A DNA stretch of 64,000 nt from assembly GCA_029258835.1 (NCBI GenBank), contig JAPDJY010000035.1, positions 1 through 64,000 of the forward strand, in the 5' to 3' direction. Below, in pieces: positions 1 through 10,947 of the stretch. Numbering within the stretch: the stretch's first letter is position 1; each line of letters begins with the position of its first letter. The DNA is from Thermoproteota archaeon. GTDB taxonomy: Archaea; Asgardarchaeota; Jordiarchaeia; Jordiarchaeales; Freyrarchaeaceae. Under the pieces are notes generated by a model, which worked only from the letters and a program-made list of their open reading frames with translations, searched no databases and was not told where the DNA came from. Both the position numbers and the translations under genes were made by a program.

Positions 1-162
1 CTTAACTGCGGCGGTGGCATGGTCACCCTTGGCGTGGTCACCCTTCCTCCGCTCAGTCTGCCTCACCCTCCTCGCCGCCTCATCGCTGAAGCTCACGGCG
101 TCCTCGCCTTTAACGCCTTCATCGCCCACCTTTCGGGGTGCCTCCTCGTATACTTCCCTCAT
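1..162 (-). CDS. hypothetical protein, 5' part only (runs off window edge)
   Basis: ATG at 162 preceded by GGAGG; open frame MREVYEEAPRKVGDEG... to position 1; same strand as the upstream Zn-finger and ATPase genes. Confidence 0.5.
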   Translation of the reverse strand, partial: MREVYEEAPRKVGDEGVKGEDAVSFSDEAARRVRQTERRKGDHAKGDHATAAVK

Positions 163-223
163 CGCCCGCCCTCCAATATCCATCGTCCACGCGGGTCTTC
201 CTCCGGCAGGGGGCCTGCTCCGT

Positions 224-1072
224 TCACCGCCAGCCGCCTGTAGGTTTCCTGCGGCGTCCGCTTACGGCGGCTACGCCTCCTCTCTTCAGAACCTGCTGCA
301 TCCAGTGGGGTAACGCCCCTCTTGGTTCGCCGTGTTTCTCCCGGAGGACTTCTCTCGCCTTGAACGTGTGCGTGCATCCCTCGCTTTCACACGCTGGGCA
401 CAGGACTGCGTACCCGTACCTCGTCCTGTAGGCGTCCACCTTCACGCCTTCGACCTCGACCTTCACGTGGTTGAAGAGGTGTGGGGCTAGCTTGACCGCT
501 AACGCCTCTATCGGGGTGGTGAGCCTGAGGTCACGGTACACGTCGCTCACGGCGAAGGTTAGGGCGGTTTCCAGGAGCAGCTTGACGTGGTGGCACGCCG
601 CCTCCGGGTGGTGGAGTATGGTGAACGTCTCATCGCACATTATACACTTGATGTAGCCGTACACTTCGCAGTCGAAGGGGTCGTCCACGGCGACGCCGTC
701 CTTGACTGCCACCAGGCCGGAGTTAAACGGGAGGATGAAGGAGCCGAGCAGGTTGTAGCAGTACAACTCCACCACCTCCTCGCTTCCTTTACGGCTCACC
801 TCAGCCTTCAAGGCGTAGCTGTCGGAGGAGAGGGACTTGGCGGCGAACTTGGCGTCGTTGATGGTGACCCGTCCGTCCTCAAGCGGCTTCAGCACCGCCT
901 TCGACACAAGGTTAAACCTTTCACTGGGGAGGCCGGATAACTCGAGGACGTCATCCAAGTAGGCTGTGAAGTCTTCTTGGGCGAGCAGGAAGGCTTTAAC
1001 TATGGCTCCAACCTCCCACTCTTTAATGTTCCACTCCTCGTCTGGGGGCTCTTCGCCGCCCACCTCCTTCAA
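224..1072 (-). CDS. SWIM-like double zinc-finger protein
   Basis: Likely TTG start at 1072 after GGAGG, overlapping the upstream stop (TTGA); motifs CIMC-x13-CHH and CPAC-x4-CTH. Confidence 0.6.
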   Translation of the reverse strand: MKEVGGEEPPDEEWNIKEWEVGAIVKAFLLAQEDFTAYLDDVLELSGLPSERFNLVSKAVLKPLEDGRVTINDAKFAAKSLSSDSYALKAEVSRKGSEEVVELYCYNLLGSFILPFNSGLVAVKDGVAVDDPFDCEVYGYIKCIMCDETFTILHHPEAACHHVKLLLETALTFAVSDVYRDLRLTTPIEALAVKLAPHLFNHVKVEVEGVKVDAYRTRYGYAVLCPACESEGCTHTFKAREVLREKHGEPRGALPHWMQQVLKRGGVAAVSGRRRKPTGGWR

Positions 1073-1940
1073 GCCTCCCTTAACCTTCTCAGCTCGTCGT
1101 CCCCCGGGACGTTCCTTTCGATGAGGGGGGCTACGACCTGGACGGGCTCGTAGTCGCCGTGCCGCAGGCCTGGGGGCGTGACCACCGCCCACCCGACACC
1201 CTGCCTGGTAATCCACCTCGCCACCATCCTGTGGTCCCAGTGGGGGTCTCTCAGCACCAGCCTCGTCATCAGCTCAGCGTCCTGCCCCTGCGTCTCAGCC
1301 ACCCTCAGTATCGCCCTGAACGGCGTGTTCCCGAGGACGTCCGCCGGGAGCTTCGAGGGGGTCTGCGAGATGGCCATGAGGAACACCCCGTAGCTCCTCC
1401 CCTCCCTGAACATCTGGTTGAAGAGGTCCTCGCTCCGCAGGTCGCCCTGCTCCCACTGGTTCTCGCCCGCAGCAAGCACGTTGTGCGCCTCCTCAAGAAC
1501 CACGAGTATCCTGTTCCTCCTACGCCTCCTCGTGGCGTGGACGGCGAGCGCAAGCCACCCCAGGAGAAACTTCTTCGCCCCGCTCGTCAGGCTTCCAGCC
1601 TCAACCACGGTTACAGCCTGCTCCTCCAACCCCAGGAGGCGGTCCACGCTGCCTCCACTGTTCAGGGATGGCTTGCCCAGGAAGTAGTGGAGCCTGCTGA
1701 TTACGGCGTCCACGGCCTCCGCTTCAGCCTCCCTCCTGTGAGGCTCCCTCATCAGCTCAGCCCTGTACTTGACAAACCTCCGGTGGAGCGACCTGAACGT
1801 CGGAGTCCTCCCCCTTAGCGTGCTCGCCCTCCAAAACCCTCTGGAAGACGTACTTCACACGCTGCCACGGCGCAAACGAGTGGGCGAAGAGGGTGCTCAC
1901 AAGCTCACACCATTCAGGCAGCACGCCTGAGGGTGGAAGA
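1069..1940 (-). pseudogene. HerA/FtsK/VirB4-like ATPase, N-terminally truncated and frameshifted
   Basis: Walker B VVLEEAH, REGRSYG arginine-finger motif, ISQTP; ATPase-like sequence (PPSGVLPEW...PTFRSL) continues upstream across a frameshift in the C-run at ~1810-1814; no Walker A. Confidence 0.7.
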
Positions 1941-2019
1941 GAGCAAAACTAGGAGCAACGCAAAGGCGGCGAACCCCATCAACCCCCAGCACCCATCCCT
2001 CCACCCCCCAAAGAAAATC

Positions 2020-2094
2020 TTATAAATAATTTTTCCATTATTCCTTCCTTCAAAAAATCTTCAAAAATCTTTTCTTCAAAAAAGTCTTCAAAAA
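2020..2094. promoter_or_regulatory. divergent promoter region with TATA box and four CTTCAAAAA direct repeats
   Basis: TTATAAATA at ~2020-2028; CTTCAAAAA at 2048, 2059, 2074 and 2086. Confidence 0.45.
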
Positions 2095-2105
2095 GGTGAG
2101 GGGGT

Positions 2106-4979
2106 TTGAAGAGGGTACTGAAAAGAGCTCTCAAAGTAATACCAGCAATACTGATAGTAGTAGTGCTGTTAGCGGTGAGGCTTGGAGCCACGACGCCCAT
2201 AGTTGCGGCGTCAACCCAGAACCCCAATGCAGACACGAAAACATTCATCCCTTGGTGGGAGTGGCTCACAGACAGCGACCACGACGAGCTATCGAACGCT
2301 GTGGAGAGGTTCTTCACCCTCACAAGCCCATACGACCCTGACACCGACGACGACTGGCTGTGGGACGGTTACGAGGTTCAAGTGAATCTGGATCCGAATC
2401 GGGGGGACACTGACTGCGACGGGGTGATGGACGGAGCCGAGCTTGCAAGCGGGCTTAACCCCTGGTTGTGGGACACCGACGGGGACGGCGCAGGCGACGG
2501 GTACGAAACAACTAAAGGCACCGACCCGAAGAACCCCGACACAGACGGCGACGGGCTGCCAGACGGAGGCGAGTTCAGCCATGGCACCGACCCGCATGAC
2601 AGCGACAGCGACGGAGACGGGCTAAAGGACGGGGACGAGGTCAACACCCACCACACGAACCCGACCTGCAACGACACCGACAGCGACGGACTACTAGACG
2701 GAGAAGAAGTTGAAACCTACTCCTATTACAACATAGACCCTCGCAACCCTGACAGCGACGGAGACGGGCTGCCAGACGGGCTGGAGGTCAACACATACGG
2801 CTCAGACCCCGGCAACGATGACACCGACGGGGACGGACTAGAAGACGGGGAGGAAGCGAATAAATACCACACCAGCGTAGTGGCGTATGACTCGGACGGG
2901 GACGGGTTATGGGATGGAAGCGAGGTATTTGGCTCCACAGACCCGCTGTGCAACGACACCGACAGCGACGGACTACTAGACGGAGAAGAAAGTGTATATG
3001 GGACGAACCCCACGGTTAACGACAGCGACGGCGACGGGCTGCTGGACGGGTTCGAGGTCCACAGCTTCGGCAGCGACCCATTGTGTAACGACACCGACGG
3101 AGACGGAGTAAGCGACGGCGTAGAGTACGCCCACTCCTCCAACCCGAACAGCAACGACACCGACGGAGAAGGGCTAACAGACTACGAAGAAATAATGGTG
3201 TACAAAACCGACCCAAACGACCCTGACACGGACGGGGACGGAGTAAGCGACTACGACGAGGTGGCGAACGGCACCAACCCAACAGACGGAGACAGCGACG
3301 ACGACGGACTACCAGACGGGCTCGAATCCTCCATAGGAACCAACCCAAACAACCCTGACACCGACGGAGACGGAGTAAGCGACGGCGCAGAGCACTACGG
3401 AAGACCCTACATCTGCGATAACAGCGTGACGTTTAGCCCCGACCCACTTAACCCCGACACAGACGGCGACGGACTAGAAGACGGAGAAGAGTTCAACACA
3501 ACACTTGGAATGTGGATCACCAATCCTCAAGACCCTGACACGGATGGTGATGAGCTCAGTGACTACGAAGAATTAAAGATTTACTCTACATCGCCGACGG
3601 ACAGAGACAGCGATGATGACGGGTTAACGGATGGTGAGGAAGTTAACCGGGTCAAGACTGACCCGTTGAACGCTGATACTGATGGGGATGGGCTGCTTGA
3701 CGGGAGCGAGAAGCTTAAGAATTGCGATCCTTTTGACCCTGACACGGACGATGACGGCCTCGGCGACTACGATGAGGTGGTCGTGTACTTTACTGATCCA
3801 ACGGATGGGGATAGTGACGATGACCTGTTGAAGGACGGTGAGGAGTTCAATTATGGCACAAGACCTAATGCTAGGGATACTGATGGGGATGGGCTGACGG
3901 ACTACGCTGAGGTTGAGGTGTATGGCAGTGACCCGCTTAGCGTTGACGGGGACGGAGACGGGCTGACAGACTGGCAGGAGTGCGTGGTGTTCCGGAGCAA
4001 CCCGGTGCTCAACGACACGGACGGAGACGGGTTCGAGGACGGATACGAGGCACAGGAGCTTAACACGAGCCCCGTGGAGGCCGACACGGACGGGGATGGG
4101 CTGAGCGACTACGAGGAGGTTATGAGCTACGGCACAAACCCCAACGCTAAGGACACCGACCACGACTACCTGGATGATGGTGGGGAGCTGGACGCCGGCA
4201 CAGACCCGCTCGACGGCGACTGCGACGGCGACGGGCTGCCAGACGGGCTGGAGGTCAACTGCGGGTCAGACCCCCTCAACCCTGACAGCGACGGGGACGG
4301 AGTAAGCGACGGGGACGAAGCCCTGGTCCACTCCTGCAGCCCCGTGTCAGCAGACACCGACGGGGACGGCCTCTCAGACAGTGAAGAAGTTGCTTACGGC
4401 ACCATGCCGGCGAACCCTGACAGCGATGGGGACGGAGTAAGCGACGGCGAGGAGGTCAAGGCTGGAAGCGACCCACTAGACCCGGACAGCGTACCGGGCA
4501 ACGGCAGCCCACCAGCCACGCTCCTCCTCCTGCTCGCAGCGCAGCAACCCAGCACGTTGCCAACCCCGGTCGTAGCCGTGGCTGCGGCCGCGGTCGTTGG
4601 AGCGGTGGCGTGGCTCTGGAGGAGAAGCAGCACGGGTGCGGGAAGCGCGCCGAGGCCGCCAAGCAAACCCCCCGGCAGCCCACCCAGCGTCGACTGGGAA
4701 CACCTCAAATCGTTGGTGAATGACGTGGAGAGAAAGCTGGATGACGTGGAGAGAAGGCTGAGGGATCCGTTGAGGGAAAGGCAGCCCTCCCAGCCGACGC
4801 AGCAGCCGGCACCGTCAAGCCTGGCCAGGATGCTCAACAGCGGAAACGAGTATGAGAGGATGATAGCCCTCGACGCGCTTACCAAGTATGCTAGAGCGAA
4901 GGGTGTAGGCGTTGACCAGCCTATGCATGGCGTCAAGTTGCTGGGCGACGAGGATGAGGAGGGTGCGCAGCCCAGCTAG
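2106..4979 (+). CDS. large membrane-anchored Ca2+-binding repeat protein (TSP3-like DxDGDG repeats)
   Basis: N-terminal signal peptide; dozens of DP-x3-DTDGDGLxDGxE repeats; C-terminal TM helix followed by WRR, a Pro-rich linker and a short coiled coil. Confidence 0.85.
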   Translation: MKRVLKRALKVIPAILIVVVLLAVRLGATTPIVAASTQNPNADTKTFIPWWEWLTDSDHDELSNAVERFFTLTSPYDPDTDDDWLWDGYEVQVNLDPNRGDTDCDGVMDGAELASGLNPWLWDTDGDGAGDGYETTKGTDPKNPDTDGDGLPDGGEFSHGTDPHDSDSDGDGLKDGDEVNTHHTNPTCNDTDSDGLLDGEEVETYSYYNIDPRNPDSDGDGLPDGLEVNTYGSDPGNDDTDGDGLEDGEEANKYHTSVVAYDSDGDGLWDGSEVFGSTDPLCNDTDSDGLLDGEESVYGTNPTVNDSDGDGLLDGFEVHSFGSDPLCNDTDGDGVSDGVEYAHSSNPNSNDTDGEGLTDYEEIMVYKTDPNDPDTDGDGVSDYDEVANGTNPTDGDSDDDGLPDGLESSIGTNPNNPDTDGDGVSDGAEHYGRPYICDNSVTFSPDPLNPDTDGDGLEDGEEFNTTLGMWITNPQDPDTDGDELSDYEELKIYSTSPTDRDSDDDGLTDGEEVNRVKTDPLNADTDGDGLLDGSEKLKNCDPFDPDTDDDGLGDYDEVVVYFTDPTDGDSDDDLLKDGEEFNYGTRPNARDTDGDGLTDYAEVEVYGSDPLSVDGDGDGLTDWQECVVFRSNPVLNDTDGDGFEDGYEAQELNTSPVEADTDGDGLSDYEEVMSYGTNPNAKDTDHDYLDDGGELDAGTDPLDGDCDGDGLPDGLEVNCGSDPLNPDSDGDGVSDGDEALVHSCSPVSADTDGDGLSDSEEVAYGTMPANPDSDGDGVSDGEEVKAGSDPLDPDSVPGNGSPPATLLLLLAAQQPSTLPTPVVAVAAAAVVGAVAWLWRRSSTGAGSAPRPPSKPPGSPPSVDWEHLKSLVNDVERKLDDVERRLRDPLRERQPSQPTQQPAPSSLARMLNSGNEYERMIALDALTKYARAKGVGVDQPMHGVKLLGDEDEEGAQPS

Positions 4980-5267
4980 AGAGTGCTGGCTGGAGCATGC
5001 AACGGACGAAAACGCCAACTCCAGCGGAAAAGCCGGAAAAAACGCCCCCCCACTTTTTCTTGGACTTTCACCGTCCAGCACGGCCATCTTCTTCATGCAA
5101 GGGGGGTCTGCTCCCGTGTGCGGAGAAAAGCAGCGGGTTGGAGGTAAGAGTCGGTGGAGGCACAAGCTGATCTAAAGGTGCAGCTTAAAGGAGGCAGCCA
5201 GACCCCTACATACAAGCACACGCAACACAGAAGGCACGGGGGCTCAAGCACGCTTTAAAGCCATCCT

Positions 5268-5511
5268 AGAGCACACACAAACGAAGCAGCCCAAGCAAAC
5301 AGCCAAAAAACAACACCAGCCCCCGGAAAAGCAGCACACACCACACAAACAACACCAACCACCAGACACCACCCAGCACACACCACACAAACAACAAACA
5401 ACACAACCGCCAGGAAAACAGAACAAAACAGCAGACAAGACAAGAAACCCGCAGCAACCCAACAAGAAACAGCCAAAACCCACCCCAAACCACAGCCAGC
5501 AACACCCGACC
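5268..5511. repeat. low-complexity C/A-rich tract (no T on + strand)
   Basis: 244 nt without a T; non-periodic. Confidence 0.85.
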
Positions 5512-5758
5512 TCCACCTCCCGTGCGGCTACCGCCCCCATTCACCTATGGATAACTCAATAGTGCAAAGGCACCGCCTCAACCTCTAAGCTGTCCCCTCC
5601 CCGGATTTTAACATCCCCCGCCGCCACGCCTCCCACACCCTTATCACCATGCCTGTTTAAAGTTGCTACCCGACACAAGCCTCCTACCCCATGCGTCCGC
5701 TCTGGCGCATGTTGCTTCTCCCGGCTTCTAAGCTCTCCCAAAAAGGGATCGGAGACGT

Positions 5759-6008
5759 GAGGAAGCCACCGGGAAACCCAGCAACACAAAACCAGCCAGC
5801 AACAACACAAAAAACCACCCAGCAGAAAACAACCAACCACAACAACAGCAAAACCCAACACAAACAGCCCACTCCAGCCACAACAACACAAAACAGCAGA
5901 AAAACAGAAACAAAAAGCAAAACAGAACAGAAACAAAAACAGAAAAACAGAAAACAACCCACAAAACAAAGAAAAACCAGAACAAAGGAAAGAACGAGGA
6001 AGCCCAGA
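5759..6008. repeat. low-complexity C/A-rich tract
   Basis: single T (5873) in 250 nt, immediately downstream of the 16S gene. Confidence 0.85.
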
Positions 6009-6047
6009 TCCAAGAAACCCAAACCCAGACCGCACAGCCCAAACCCT
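6007..6047 (-). other. 3' arm of 16S pre-rRNA processing stem (bulge-helix-bulge)
   Basis: Pairs with 7592-7632: 20 bp and 14 bp helices around a 3-4-3 BHB. Confidence 0.9.
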
Positions 6048-6051
6048 GCGG

Positions 6052-7548
<1,497 letters not shown>

Positions 7549-7591
7549 TTTGGGGGGTTGCTCCCCGTGGTTGGAGTGGCCGCAAGGTTTT

Positions 7592-7632
7592 AGGGTTTGG
7601 GCTGTTCTGCGGGGGTTTGGGTTTCTTGGATC
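7592..7632 (-). other. 5' arm of 16S pre-rRNA processing stem (bulge-helix-bulge)
   Basis: Reverse complement of 6007-6047 except for the offset 3-nt bulges. Confidence 0.9.
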
Positions 7633-7778
7633 CGAGTCTCTCGGCTGGGCCGGGTTGCTCGGATCCGCACCGGGTTTGCCCGCAGCTGGAACGCAGCTCC
7701 TTCATTGTTTGCCTATCCGGCTTTCCTCAGGGCTGTACCGGTGCTGCGGGTTGCTCCAGAAGAATGGTGGATGGTTGG

Positions 7779-7796
7779 GAAATATATCTTTTTCGG
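7779..7796 (-). promoter_or_regulatory. putative 16S rRNA promoter (BRE-TATA)
   Basis: Minus strand CCGAAAAAGATATATTT, ~230 nt upstream of the mature 5' end. Confidence 0.6.
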
Positions 7797-7800
7797 TTGT

Positions 7801-8140
7801 TGGGTTCTGTCGGCTGCTGGCTGGGTGGGGGTTGTTGGGTTTTTTGTTGGGGCTTGACGGTTTGATGATGGTGTGTTGCTTTTCTTGCTGGGTTTTCTCG
7901 CTTGTTTTGGTTCTGGGGGTTTTGGCTGGTGATTTTGGGTTGGGGGTGGGTGGCTGTTTAGCCGTGTCTTGCTGTTTTTTTGCTTTTTGGTGGTTGTGCT
8001 TTGGGTTTTATTGCTGTGTGGTTTGTTTTCCTTGTGGGGTTGGGGTGTTTGCTGCTGGGGTTTTTATTGTTTGCTATTTTTCTTGTTTGTTGTGGGGGTT
8101 GTTTGGGTGGTTTTTTTGGGGGGTGTTGTGTGGGTTGGCG
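7801..8140. repeat. low-complexity G/T-rich tract
   Basis: About 8 A in 340 nt on + strand; compositional mirror image of the tracts left of the 16S gene. Confidence 0.85.
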
Positions 8141-8982
8141 TTGTACTTGTGGAGGTATTTTCTTTTTATTAGTTGGTAGGTTGCGTATAGGGTGGCTATT
8201 ATCGCTGCGGCTATGGTGAAGAAGATGGTGTAGGGGTTGCTTGTGAGGGGGTTGTTTGCGAGGAGGGTGTAGAGGGTGTATTGGGTCGCTGTGTCCTGTG
8301 CGGTGTAGATTAGGGTTCTTAGTATTTGGGGGATTAGTACGAGGTTTTGGTATATTGTTTTTCCGAGGTATGCGTACATTAGGGCTCTTGGGAAGGCGCC
8401 GACTGCTGTTGCGGCTATGAAGGGTTTGAAGCCGATTTTTGTTAGTCCTGCTCCGTAGGATACTGCGTCGAAGGGTATTGGGGGTGTTAGCCGGGTGACT
8501 AGGACCGCTATGGCGCCCCATTTTTCCAGCCAGTTGTCTGCGATGAGGATGGCGTCGCCTATCGTTACGAGGAGGACTCGCTCTATTCTGCTTACCTTCC
8601 CGGTGCTTACCTTCCCGGTGTTTGGGTTTTCTTCATGGGGGGTTTGCGCGACCCTTTGCTCCCACCTTGCTATTAGCGGGCGGCCTATTGTCCTTGCAAT
8701 GAAGAATCCGGCTGTTGCTCCGGATATTTCTCCTATTCCGCCGATTGTGGCTGTGGCCAGCATGGCGTAGTCGTATCCGTATAGCATGTTTAGGGGCCAG
8801 TAGATGTAGCTGTAGGCTATTCCTCCGAACATTAGGATTAGCTCGCTTGGGATTACTGCTATTATCGCCTGGATTATCATTGCCGCGTAGAAGCCTAGGA
8901 AGCCGTACTGGATTATCCACCAGAGGACTGTCATGAATAGTCCTTGGAGCCTGCCTTCTAGGTTGATAAGGAGGGGGAGCAT
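8074..8982 (-). CDS. DedA/TVP38/TMEM64 (VTT domain) membrane protein
   Basis: IPSELILMFGG, GATAGFFIAR and RLTPPIPFDAVSYGAGLT motifs. Confidence 0.9.
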   Translation of the reverse strand: MLPLLINLEGRLQGLFMTVLWWIIQYGFLGFYAAMIIQAIIAVIPSELILMFGGIAYSYIYWPLNMLYGYDYAMLATATIGGIGEISGATAGFFIARTIGRPLIARWEQRVAQTPHEENPNTGKVSTGKVSRIERVLLVTIGDAILIADNWLEKWGAIAVLVTRLTPPIPFDAVSYGAGLTKIGFKPFIAATAVGAFPRALMYAYLGKTIYQNLVLIPQILRTLIYTAQDTATQYTLYTLLANNPLTSNPYTIFFTIAAAIIATLYATYQLIKRKYLHKYNANPHNTPQKNHPNNPHNKQEK

Positions 8983-9259
8983 TGTTTAGCCTCCGTGACA
9001 TTCCACTTTTTTCAGGGTTGAACCTTATATTGGTTTTGATGTATGCTTCGCTTGCGGCTGATGCGTGGGCGAGGCGGCTAGCGGGGCGTGTTACGGTTGG
9101 GGTGTGTTACTGTTGATTGCTGGTGTTTGGGTTCTTCTCGCTGTTTTCAGGCTTTCCGGGCGTTTACGTTTAGGGTTGGTTCTGTGTTGCACGTGGGGGC
9201 GGGGTTTAGGTGGGTTGTTTTGGCGGTTTGGTGTTGGCTTCATTAGGGGTGTGTCGCTG

Positions 9260-10456
9260 TCATGCCGTGGGGGCGGCGCTCTTTTCAGGGTTTGCTAGGG
9301 TGAGCAGTGCTAGGGCGAGTTTTACCAGTATTTTCGGGTTTGCTATTAGCTTCTTGATGGCGGCCGACTCGAAGTCCATGTCGCCGTAGGCTTCCATTGT
9401 TTCGGTGCCTCCATGCTCGATGAGGGCTTTGAAAAGCGAGTCTAGGGCGTGATCGCTTAGACGGTTTAGTACCCGGCGGGCCAGCTTCATGTAGGAGAAC
9501 TCCTTCCCCAAGATTTTTTCCCATCTTTGCTGGTACCGCTTCAGGAAACCGCTTGAGAAGCGTTCTTCCTGGAGTGCTTCGGATGCCACTTGGCCTGCTA
9601 TCCTCGAGCAGATCCCTCCGGTAACCACGCCTCCCCCCGTGGTAGGTTTAACTTGTCCTGCTGCGTCGCCCACGGCCATGAAGCGGTCCGTGAACGTCCT
9701 TTTAACCGGGCCATTAGTGAGGACCACACCGGCCACTGTACGGGAGACCTTTGCCCTTGGAAAACGCGTGCTTAAGAACTTTGCCAGACGTTTCCGGGGG
9801 TGAGAGCGGGCGGCGAGCCCAACCCTTGCTCCTTCATCCGTCGGGATCACCCATGCGAAGAAGCCGGGTGCCAGTCTGCCGCCGAAGTGTAGCTCGACGA
9901 AGTCGGGGTCTACGTCTACCCCGCGTACTTCGAACTGGACGGCGGGGAGCCGGCCTCTGAGGGGGGGCAGCCCTGCGATCTTGGCGAGGCGAGCCCTGCA
10001 GCCTTCAGCGTCTATTAGCAGTTTGCATTTCTCTTCGCCTCCGCCTTTAACGTGGACGTGCACGCCATCCAAGCTCCTCACGAAGGAGGTAACCTTCCTT
10101 TTAAGGGTGAGGTGTGCCCCTGCGCTTTGAGCGAGGGATGCAAGCCACCGGTCAAACATCCGCCTGTCTATGACTAGTGCCTGCACGCTTCTCCGGGACA
10201 CGGAGAATGACACGCCTGAAGGGGAGTAGAAGCGGGCACCGTAAACCCTGTTTAGGACGCATTCCTCCGGTACTCTGAGGCCGAGGCGCTTCAGGCCTGT
10301 AACGCTCACTAGGCCTGCACAATGGTCTGGTTCACCTACTTTCCCGTGTTCCTCTAGGACGATGACGTTTAACCCTCTGATGGATGATTCGAGAGCTGCA
10401 AGGGATCCGGCTGGGCCGCAGCCGACGACTGCGACGTCCCAGTTCAACGCTTCCAC
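9260..10456 (-). CDS. geranylgeranyl reductase family flavoprotein (DGGGPL reductase-like)
   Basis: DVAVVGCGPAG, IDRRMFD, PGFFAWVIP, VGDAAGQVKPTTGGG. Confidence 0.92.
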   Translation of the reverse strand: MEALNWDVAVVGCGPAGSLAALESSIRGLNVIVLEEHGKVGEPDHCAGLVSVTGLKRLGLRVPEECVLNRVYGARFYSPSGVSFSVSRRSVQALVIDRRMFDRWLASLAQSAGAHLTLKRKVTSFVRSLDGVHVHVKGGGEEKCKLLIDAEGCRARLAKIAGLPPLRGRLPAVQFEVRGVDVDPDFVELHFGGRLAPGFFAWVIPTDEGARVGLAARSHPRKRLAKFLSTRFPRAKVSRTVAGVVLTNGPVKRTFTDRFMAVGDAAGQVKPTTGGGVVTGGICSRIAGQVASEALQEERFSSGFLKRYQQRWEKILGKEFSYMKLARRVLNRLSDHALDSLFKALIEHGGTETMEAYGDMDFESAAIKKLIANPKILVKLALALLTLANPEKSAAPTA

Positions 10457-10566
10457 CCTTCACGCTTATCTAGGGCTCACCGTAACCTTCACTTAACTTT
10501 TCAACGGTTCCCCCCTTAAGCTTTTTAGTGAGTGTTACGTTGTGATGGCTGCTGGAGGGGCGCTGG

Positions 10567-10923
10567 TTGTTTAGGTATAAGATGGTTATTCTCGTGAGGA
10601 CTGACCTGAAGATGAGCAAGGGCAAGATTGCTGTTCAGGCTGCTCACGCAGCAGTCTCTGCCGCTGAGGAGGCAAGGCGTAAACGTCCTAAATGGTGGGA
10701 GGAGTGGCTCAGGGAGGGACAGAAAAAGGTCGTTTTAAAAGTTGCATCCCTTGAAGAGCTGGAGTTCTTCGAGAGGGAGGCTGCTAGGAGGAAGCTGCCT
10801 CACGCCAAGATACAGGATAGAGGGTTAACGGAGGTGCCTCCGGGAAGCGTTACAGCCTTAGGTATAGGGCCTGCCCCAAGCGAGGTCATTGACGAGTTAA
10901 CGGGGGGGCTCCCCCTGCTTTAA
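10567..10923 (+). CDS. pth2: peptidyl-tRNA hydrolase Pth2
   Basis: KMVILVRTDLKMSKGKIAVQAAHA, GQKKVVLK, DRGLTEVPPGSVT. Confidence 0.97.
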   Translation: MFRYKMVILVRTDLKMSKGKIAVQAAHAAVSAAEEARRKRPKWWEEWLREGQKKVVLKVASLEELEFFEREAARRKLPHAKIQDRGLTEVPPGSVTALGIGPAPSEVIDELTGGLPLL

Positions 10924-10947
10924 CGTGTCGCAGCCGGGGGAGGCGTC

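Noticed and set aside
2330-4490. CRISPR-like periodic repeats
   Set aside because: The repeats are in-frame coding repeats with synonymous variation; no cas genes or leader
7550-8521. ORFs in the G/T-rich tract upstream of the 16S gene
   Set aside because: Same compositional artefact; only the DedA frame has family motifs
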